In this document: in pieces, positions 57,709-64,000 of the stretch
How the letters are laid out: each line of letters begins with the position of its first letter
Position numbering within the stretch: the first letter of the stretch is position 1
Virus record (IMG/VR): IMGVR_UViG_3300036823_000091
Location: 489 to 64,488 of that record
DNA from: a virus
Taxonomy: Duplodnaviria; Caudoviricetes
Direction: 5' to 3' (one strand)
DNA: 64,000 nt
Program-made: the position numbers and the translations under genes
Notes under the pieces: model-generated
Seen by the model: the letters and a program-made list of their open reading frames with translations, nothing else
The model's database searches: none
What the model was told of the DNA's origin: nothing

Positions 57709-58905
57709 ATGGCTAAGGCAGAGAAACTCAACCTTCTCAATAAGACATACAAGTTCCGCATTTATCCGAATAAAGCAACTACTGAGAAGCTTCAGTGGAC
57801 ACTTGACAGGTGCAGAGAACTGTATAACGCGGCTTTGCAAGAGCGTAAAGAAGCTTGGAAGTATGCCAAGAAGTCCATTAGCTGGGTTGAGCAGTGTCGC
57901 AGCTTAACCGAGATCAAGGCAGACGTGAGACCTGAATATAAAGAGATTGCTAGCCATGTCTTGCAAGATGTGATACTGCGAGTCGAGAAAGCCTATAAAG
58001 CTTTCTTTAGACGGATCAAGAATGGTGAGACACCCGGCTACCCAAGATTTCAAGGTCGGAATCACTATGACAGCTTTACTTATCCAGACCTATCGAACTG
58101 GAAACTAGAGATTGGAGAGAAAAAGAAAGGCAAGTTAATCCTCTCCAAAGTCGGCCCTATCAATGTCAAGATGCATAGACCAATTGAGGGGAAGATTAAA
58201 ACAATGACGCTCAAACGAGAAGGAGATGAATGGTATGTGGTGTTCTCTTGTGAAGTGGAAACATGTAAGAAACTACCATACACTGATTTCGCAATAGGGC
58301 TAGACTTGGGGCTTTTGCACTTTGCAACCGACTCGTTTGGACAAACGATAGAGAATCCGAGGCACTACCGACGTGCCGAGCAGAAACTTAAGAATGCACA
58401 ACAAGCTCTCTCTCGTAAGAAACGCAGATCGAACCGTCGTAAAAAGGCTGTTCAGAAAGTGACCAGGGCTCATAGAAAGATACGTAACCAAAGAAAAGAT
58501 TTTCTGCACAAACAATCTCGAATACTAGTAGACACCTTTGAAACAATCGTTTTTGAAGATATTCAACCTGCCAATCTTAGCAAGAGGCCAAGACCTAAGC
58601 AGGACGAGAACGGGAAATATCTTCCTAATGGAGCTAGCAAGAAGGCAGGTTTGAATAAGAGTATATTAGATGCTGGCTGGGGAATGTTCATAGCAATGTG
58701 CGAGTACAAGGCTGCGAGTGCTGGTACTCAAGTGCTACGAGTCGATCCCAGGAATACCAGCCAAGTATGCAGTGGCTGTGGCGTCAAAGGACCGCACAAG
58801 GACTTGAGTGTACGTACACATACTTGTTCAAGTTGCGGGCTAGTTCTTGACCGTGATCACAATGCTGCTCTCAACATACTAAAACGCGGCTTAGACGCTG
58901 CATAA
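57709..58905 (+). CDS. tnpB: RNA-guided endonuclease TnpB (398 aa)
   Basis: YKFRIYP, YNAAL, GYPRF, intact RuvC residues GLDLG / VFEDI / DRDHNAALNI, zinc finger CSGC..CSSC. Confidence 0.95.
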   Translation: MAKAEKLNLLNKTYKFRIYPNKATTEKLQWTLDRCRELYNAALQERKEAWKYAKKSISWVEQCRSLTEIKADVRPEYKEIASHVLQDVILRVEKAYKAFFRRIKNGETPGYPRFQGRNHYDSFTYPDLSNWKLEIGEKKKGKLILSKVGPINVKMHRPIEGKIKTMTLKREGDEWYVVFSCEVETCKKLPYTDFAIGLDLGLLHFATDSFGQTIENPRHYRRAEQKLKNAQQALSRKKRRSNRRKKAVQKVTRAHRKIRNQRKDFLHKQSRILVDTFETIVFEDIQPANLSKRPRPKQDENGKYLPNGASKKAGLNKSILDAGWGMFIAMCEYKAASAGTQVLRVDPRNTSQVCSGCGVKGPHKDLSVRTHTCSSCGLVLDRDHNAALNILKRGLDAA

Positions 58906-59005
58906 GCAAGAGACTACCCCAGGAAATGGGGTTCAGAGGACGCGCCTCTGAGAAGCTACGAGACTAAGTCTCATCAGTATTTCACTGGATGGATAAACTT
59001 ATCAC
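58860..59005 (+). ncRNA. Predicted omega/reRNA scaffold plus guide (5' boundary approximate)
   Basis: Hairpins CCCC/GGGG, CAGAGG/CCTCTG and GAGAC/GTCTC ending at TTCAC (58981-58985). Guide TGGATGGATAAACTTATCAC from 58986. Confidence 0.7.
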
Positions 59006-59030
59006 CAAGTTATAGAAAGGATTTTTAATC

Positions 59031-59249
59031 ATGATTGAAAAAGCAAAAGTGCTTGACATGATCGACAAAAAGATCATGGAGCATCAGAAAAACATCACGG
59101 AGTCTCTCAGAGAAGTAAATGCAGCTATAAGCAACCTTGACACTCAAGATGCTCAAAGAAAGTCAGTTGATGTCGCTAAGCATCAAGCAAAAGTTGATGC
59201 TTTAAACGAGATTAGAAAACAAATTAGCTTATGGTGCAAGCCACAATAG
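59031..59249 (+). CDS. Hypothetical coiled-coil protein
   Basis: GAAAGGA RBS. Confidence 0.55.
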   Translation: MIEKAKVLDMIDKKIMEHQKNITESLREVNAAISNLDTQDAQRKSVDVAKHQAKVDALNEIRKQISLWCKPQ

Positions 59250-59261
59250 AAGGAGAATATC

Positions 59262-59774
59262 ATGAACGAGAATGCCTTAGCACAAAAATGCTTCAATGCA
59301 CTTAATAAAGTAACTAAATGGAGGACAATTTTTTGCGGGTGGCAGCTAGGGACCCGACCATTAGGAGATCCCGAATCTGATGCCGTAAGAGATCATAGGG
59401 AAGTCACGATCCTAGAGCGTCTGGAGATTTCAGCACTGAAGCAAATCCTCATAGGGGTTGAGTTCTCACAAGAGGATTTCAATCAGGCATTAACAATCTG
59501 GAGTCAAGGTACGGACACATCAATAGACAATGCTACACAGGAGCATAGAGCTGTAACTATTTCTTTGCGAGTTGAGATCTCGGCTCTTCTACAAGTGCTT
59601 TTCCAGAAAGGCATTTTAACCTTAGAAGACTATCAGAAAGCCCTCATCCAAGAGTGTGATTATCTGGAGATGGACTATCAGAAGCGTTTTCCAGGCATGG
59701 AATCAACGGATACAGGCATGCACTTTTACGATGTCAACAAAGCAGCTAAAACGATGAAAAACTGGAAGCCATAG
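59262..59774 (+). CDS. Hypothetical protein with internal duplication
   Basis: HR.VTI..R.EISAL occurs twice. Confidence 0.65.
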   Translation: MNENALAQKCFNALNKVTKWRTIFCGWQLGTRPLGDPESDAVRDHREVTILERLEISALKQILIGVEFSQEDFNQALTIWSQGTDTSIDNATQEHRAVTISLRVEISALLQVLFQKGILTLEDYQKALIQECDYLEMDYQKRFPGMESTDTGMHFYDVNKAAKTMKNWKP

Positions 59775-59784
59775 GAGATATTTT

Positions 59785-60516
59785 ATGAGCAACGAACAAA
59801 ATACATGACATTTATCAGATAAAATTTCGCCTCTATCAGATAACTTTTCCGACCCATTGGAGCTGTAAAGCGTGCGAAAACGGGTGTGCTTCTATCACAT
59901 AACTTTTCTGCCTAATGTGTCCACCGTTTTCAAAGAGTATTTGGTACGAGTTTTCTCTGTTTTTGCCCCACAAGGAAAAGTTATCCGATAAAAACGAAAA
60001 GTTATGCGATTGAAACAACGCCGCTCTAGAAGCGCTTCCAGACGACTGGACGAAAAGTTATGTGATTAAAAACGGTGCGTTTGCCTTTTCGTTAGACGGC
60101 AACTGAGCCATGCAAACGTTTCGGCGAGGTCTGGAAAAGTTATGCGATTGAGCCGGTCATCTACTTCTAGCCTTCGATCAGCCTCACATGCCAATGTGGA
60201 GCTAGGCGACGAAAAGTTATGTGATTGAAAAGCGAAAAGTTATTCGAAAAATGTCAATACATCACCAGACAAAGACAAGATCACCATTGAGCTAGATGAC
60301 ACAGACAGTTATATTTTAGCAGAGGCAATTGCAGAACGTGTGCAAAAACTGTCAAAAGACACATCTATGACTAGCGTGTGCAAATTAGTCGTCTTGCAAG
60401 GAATTACACATCAAATACTAGAAAAGTGTATGGGCATGATCGATGAAGGATTGAGCCAAGAGGACATGCTGCTTCAAGCCCTCAAAAGAGAAAGAGAGAT
60501 GAAAGGTGGCAAATGA
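59785..60516 (+). pseudogene. Small gene interrupted by the mini-transposon
   Basis: Removing the element and one ATACA copy restores MSNEQNT-SPDKDKITIELDD...EMKGGK*. Confidence 0.85.
59806..60256. mobile_element. 451-bp non-autonomous TG..CA (Tn7/Mu-like) mini-transposon
   Basis: Ends TGACATTT / AAATGTCA, 5-bp target duplication ATACA, nine GAAAAGTTATnnGAT-like sites (3 in one orientation on the left, 6 in the other on the right). Confidence 0.88.
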
Positions 60517-60769
60517 AGCAAAGGTTATTTACGTTACTGCCATGCAAGGCACTAGACTCTCTATTTGCGGCTATTGTCGCAAGGTAACCGGAAATGTAAC
60601 AGCTATCATCTCAACACCATTTTATGAGCTAGTGAGTCCTGAAAGTTCTCCTAAGCCTGAAATGTTGAACATTCGGTTTAAACCAGTTGAGCACTGCACG
60701 TGTATAGAAGAAGTGCTGAAAGGGACCACGGTGAAGCAATCGAAAGGAGACCAAAGTGAATTGGGATGA
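60506..60769 (+). CDS. Hypothetical Cys-containing protein
   Basis: Coupled ORF. Confidence 0.5.
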   Translation: MANEAKVIYVTAMQGTRLSICGYCRKVTGNVTAIISTPFYELVSPESSPKPEMLNIRFKPVEHCTCIEEVLKGTTVKQSKGDQSELG

Positions 60770-61109
60770 TATGACACCTATTGAGAAAAATGCAATCGTC
60801 GCACAGATCGTGTTCAAACGCAAGCTTCTTGATGGGACAATACTGCTTACGGAAGGCAGAGAACTTGTACCGCATTACTCTACAGATTGGCATGCGGCAT
60901 GGCAGATCTTCAAAAACATCGATGAGTTGCCAGATGATATTTGGGATGCAAAAATCAGAAAACAAATCTTCTGGAAAGCATTGGGAATCACTGACTATCT
61001 CAATCCTGATGCCCTTGTTGTTGCTTGGAAGCAGGTTGTATCTTGGACACCCAAGTTAGTTTGTAGAGCAGCATTGAAAGCGTATGGAGTAAAGAGTGAT
61101 TGCACTTGA
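60756..61109 (+). CDS. Phage hypothetical protein (P.YSTD..AAW..P..VC.AAL.A)
   Basis: Motif typical of the phage ABA-sandwich/BC1872-like family. Confidence 0.6.
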   Translation: MNWDDMTPIEKNAIVAQIVFKRKLLDGTILLTEGRELVPHYSTDWHAAWQIFKNIDELPDDIWDAKIRKQIFWKALGITDYLNPDALVVAWKQVVSWTPKLVCRAALKAYGVKSDCT

Positions 61110-61276
61110 AACAAGATTAAGACACCTAAACGCTGAGGAGCTAAAGCGCAAGTTCAAAGAGAAGCAGGACAAGGCTACTAAGTCTCAAATCAAAGAGAAA
61201 GAGCACAAACTAGTATCTATCGCAGTACAAACACCACAATATATTTGCATGGCAAGAGGCTAAGGAGTAATAAAAC

Positions 61277-61543
61277 ATGAAAGACCTTCGTAAGCAAATA
61301 GAGCTATTCATGGAAGCTAGCGTGCTTCATGTCGTAGACATGGATAATCCTAGTTCAGTTGATGCATTAAAGTCTGCCCATATTAATTTAGCAAAATGTA
61401 TACATCTTGAAGCTCAAACTTATCTCTTAATCCAAATACTCGACATGCTTGGCAATATCAATGAAAAGCTTGCCATGGCGAATATCAATATCCAGGATGT
61501 TGGGCAAGAGGTATCAAAACTGAATCCGGAGTACAAGTCATGA
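61277..61543 (+). CDS. Hypothetical protein
   Basis: AAGGAG RBS. Confidence 0.55.
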   Translation: MKDLRKQIELFMEASVLHVVDMDNPSSVDALKSAHINLAKCIHLEAQTYLLIQILDMLGNINEKLAMANINIQDVGQEVSKLNPEYKS

Positions 61544-61842
61544 CAGAAATATCCCTAAAACAGAATACACAGTTTTCAGGACACGCCAAGACTGTCTACG
61601 AAAAGCTCTATGATCAATTCAGCAATTTAATGATACAAGAGTCTGACGGATCATATCAGGGAAGAGACAAAGAAGCTGAGCAGACAAGGCAAGGCATCAT
61701 TGAGACCATTGCAGAATGTGACTATGACCTCGTAAAGCACACAGTAGAGCATATTGACCCCAAAGATCTTGACGTGCTAGGAATTGAAGAGACTGTACAG
61801 AGGATACCAGATCTTACAACATGGTCCAAGGAGGATAACTAA
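61540..61842 (+). CDS. Hypothetical protein
   Basis: ATGA-coupled. Confidence 0.55.
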   Translation: MTEISLKQNTQFSGHAKTVYEKLYDQFSNLMIQESDGSYQGRDKEAEQTRQGIIETIAECDYDLVKHTVEHIDPKDLDVLGIEETVQRIPDLTTWSKEDN

Positions 61843-62102
61843 TGCCACAATTCATCCAACTAGGGAATTTATTTATCAACACATCTGATATTGTTTATGT
61901 AGATTTTAGCGATGACAATAGCGTTATGCTTATTTTGTCATCTATTGATAAAGAAGCATACGGAAGGCAATTCCTTGCTAGTGAGGAGATGCGGTTCTCA
62001 GCAGAGACACCAGAATACCATGCATTGCGAACATGGCTGTTAGGAAGTTGCCTAATGTTAGTGCCGTTCCCTGGAAAGGACAAGAGCACATGCACTCCCT
62101 GA
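61842..62102 (+). CDS. Hypothetical protein
   Basis: AGGAGG RBS. Confidence 0.55.
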   Translation: MPQFIQLGNLFINTSDIVYVDFSDDNSVMLILSSIDKEAYGRQFLASEEMRFSAETPEYHALRTWLLGSCLMLVPFPGKDKSTCTP

Positions 62103-62542
62103 AAATAGCACGCAAACAATTAAAATTATCCCAGCTTGAGGTTGCCAACGCAGTGGGAGTTACTGCTAGACAAGTTATCAGGTGGGAGCAAGGCAAATCT
62201 ACACCACAACCTAGACACCGGATGAAGCTAGAGAAATTAGGACTGCTGCAGCATGCAATTGAAGAAGAGGAGCAAGAGAAAATGTTGAGGCACAGTGAGC
62301 ACATGGCCTATAGGATGTACGTAGCAGATTACGAAGCAACCAATACAGAGCTTGACGGTCCTCTTCTAACTTGGGATGAGCTCACTGAGGAAGAGCAAAC
62401 AGCCTACCTTAGACACGTCGAGACGGCCTTCATCTATCTTTTTGAGCACGGCAGGATAAGCGGGTGGATTAGTCATGAAACTCTAGAGAAGCTTAGTGCT
62501 GAATATGGGACACATATTTCAGAGCAAGTGAGTAAGCAATGA
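62090..62542 (+). CDS. XRE-family HTH protein
   Basis: LK.AR..L.LSQ.EVA..VGV....V.RWE.G...P. Confidence 0.8.
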   Translation: MHSLKIARKQLKLSQLEVANAVGVTARQVIRWEQGKSTPQPRHRMKLEKLGLLQHAIEEEEQEKMLRHSEHMAYRMYVADYEATNTELDGPLLTWDELTEEEQTAYLRHVETAFIYLFEHGRISGWISHETLEKLSAEYGTHISEQVSKQ

Positions 62543-62775
62543 AAACTGAGCAAATGCTTGATTTAGCATCCAAGATTGCAACACAAGCAAATAATCTCAA
62601 GAGTGATGTACATACTTATGCCTGCACTCCAGAAGAGGAGCAAAAGAATGCAGTACTAGCAAACATATCAGTACTTCTTGATCTTACAAACAATCTAATA
62701 GACACAGTATGCGCAAAAGAGTTGAAAGAGTACAATGCCCTATTTCAACTCTGGAAACAGGAAAAGGACAAATGA
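62539..62775 (+). CDS. Hypothetical protein
   Basis: ATGA-coupled. Confidence 0.5.
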   Translation: MKTEQMLDLASKIATQANNLKSDVHTYACTPEEEQKNAVLANISVLLDLTNNLIDTVCAKELKEYNALFQLWKQEKDK

Positions 62776-62975
62776 AACACATCAATAACGCTATCATCAC
62801 TCTATTACTATTCATACTCTATATTGTCGCTATGTTCGTTGGTATACTCATCTTACTCATCGGCTATATTCCATGTTTGATACTAGACATGCTTGAAGCA
62901 TACAATAAGCACAAGCATATGAGCAGATTATGCAAAGTGGCAGATATTACTTTCATGAAGGACATAAATAGTTGA
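62772..62975 (+). CDS. Hypothetical membrane protein
   Basis: Long hydrophobic stretch, ATGA-coupled start MKHIN. Confidence 0.45.
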   Translation: MKHINNAIITLLLFILYIVAMFVGILILLIGYIPCLILDMLEAYNKHKHMSRLCKVADITFMKDINS

Positions 62976-63038
62976 TTTATACAAGAGATGCTAGAGAGGT
63001 TCTTGCTTGGTTAGAGCTAAAGAGAAGGAGCAAGACAA

Positions 63039-63371
63039 ATGGCAGACCAATTGAACATACAGGAGCAATCTGCACAGAAGAAGGGACATGTTATTATCCC
63101 TAACTATTTACCATTTTTAGAGCAAGAGCAGATATGGATCAACAATAAGCAAGAAAAGCTAACTATTGCTGAAGCTCTAGGATTTCGCATCTACGAACTA
63201 GAGAAGAGGATATTTATCACACAAAAGGAGGTAGAGGAGATAAATACTTTAACTAAAATATTGAGCAGATTAGGTTATGATGTGCATGAAAAGAAGTCAG
63301 GCGAATGGACAAGAGCACATAGCAAATCTGAATTGTTTCATCGTGTCAAGAAAGAGGAGAGTGAGGCATGA
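63039..63371 (+). CDS. Hypothetical protein
   Basis: AAGGAG RBS. Confidence 0.55.
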   Translation: MADQLNIQEQSAQKKGHVIIPNYLPFLEQEQIWINNKQEKLTIAEALGFRIYELEKRIFITQKEVEEINTLTKILSRLGYDVHEKKSGEWTRAHSKSELFHRVKKEESEA

Positions 63372-63667
63372 GCAAATGGGAAGAGACAATAGTGCCTATT
63401 TGTCAAAAACGGTTCTATCCGCTGGCTGTAGGATTTCGCACACGTAAGCGGTATGTGCCACGGAAAGTACAATTTGGCAATACTGGCAATAATCTGGTAA
63501 TGATGCATGAACCTATGGTGGCACTCATAGCAAGCTGGGGAAGTCCCTATGGAGACGATGAAAAATATGTACAATGGATGCAACCATCAACTGCACTTAA
63601 TTTGCTTAAATGGCTGCAAGATAATGAAGAACTACTAAAGCAATTATTAAAGGAAGAGGTAGATTGA
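63368..63667 (+). CDS. Hypothetical protein
   Basis: ATGA-coupled. Confidence 0.55.
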   Translation: MSKWEETIVPICQKRFYPLAVGFRTRKRYVPRKVQFGNTGNNLVMMHEPMVALIASWGSPYGDDEKYVQWMQPSTALNLLKWLQDNEELLKQLLKEEVD

Positions 63668-63670
63668 AAC

Positions 63671-63889
63671 ATGAGAAAACTCCCTAAACGTCCCAGAACA
63701 TTTGGACGTACAAAATACAAATCACGCAAGAAGAAGCAAAGAAGATTTTCAAGTGCTAGATTTTCTAAAATGATTGACAAGATGATTAATAGCCCAGTAT
63801 ATCGGTATTACATCAAGTATGACGAACATGGTCAATATTCAGGCGTAGGGGTTGATTTTGATGGACCTAAAAAGGAGCAGCGAACATGA
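63671..63889 (+). CDS. Basic hypothetical protein
   Basis: GAGG RBS. Confidence 0.45.
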   Translation: MRKLPKRPRTFGRTKYKSRKKKQRRFSSARFSKMIDKMINSPVYRYYIKYDEHGQYSGVGVDFDGPKKEQRT

Positions 63890-64000
63890 AAAACAATACT
63901 AAACTACTAGTTTTATCTTTCACATTTTCAATTATAACCATCATATTATGCATAGTACAGCAATACTCCATAGTTTGGGATTGGTTTTATGCAGCATTAA

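Larger units (their letters stand above)
56772..58985 (+). mobile_element. TnpA-less IS200/IS605-derived TnpB cassette
   Basis: Begins after TTGAC and ends at an IS605-like right end (hairpin, then TTCAC). Bounded by two codon-divergent copies of the same gene 3' end. Confidence 0.75.

Noticed and set aside
59806-60256. Repeats as a CRISPR array or replication iterons
   Set aside because: Spacing is irregular (21-82 nt) and the repeats occur in both orientations. TG..CA ends, a 5-bp duplication and an interrupted ORF explain them as transposon ends.

Overview
The whole window is one temperate siphovirus-type phage or prophage. The host is probably a Ktedonobacteria/Chloroflexota lineage; this is an inference from protein families and was not checked by search. 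From 1 to 23.7 kb (minus strand) lies a complete HK97-type morphogenesis module: terminases, a portal fusion, protease, capsid, neck, two tail-tube paralogs, a frameshifted chaperone, tape measure and a giant tail protein. From 24 to 35 kb (minus) is an operon of mostly small hypothetical genes. From 35 to 64 kb are recombination, replication and regulatory genes (tyrosine recombinase, RecT/Bet, an initiator with iterons, an ECF sigma factor, DnaN, ThyX). The main finding is a TnpA-less TnpB cassette (56772-58985). Its predicted guide is a second copy of the 3' end of the gene upstream of the cassette. That gene now ends in a codon-diverged version right after a TTGAC TAM, which suggests a self-immune, RNA-guided homing element. 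Other highlights: a motif-plus-terminator element repeated three times (candidate antitermination system), a tRNA-like RNA at the head of the late operon, a portal-MuF-2H phosphoesterase fusion, a double-glycine chaplin-like peptide, and a 451-bp TG..CA mini-transposon with a 5-bp target duplication. All family assignments come from reading motifs by eye; no database searches were run.
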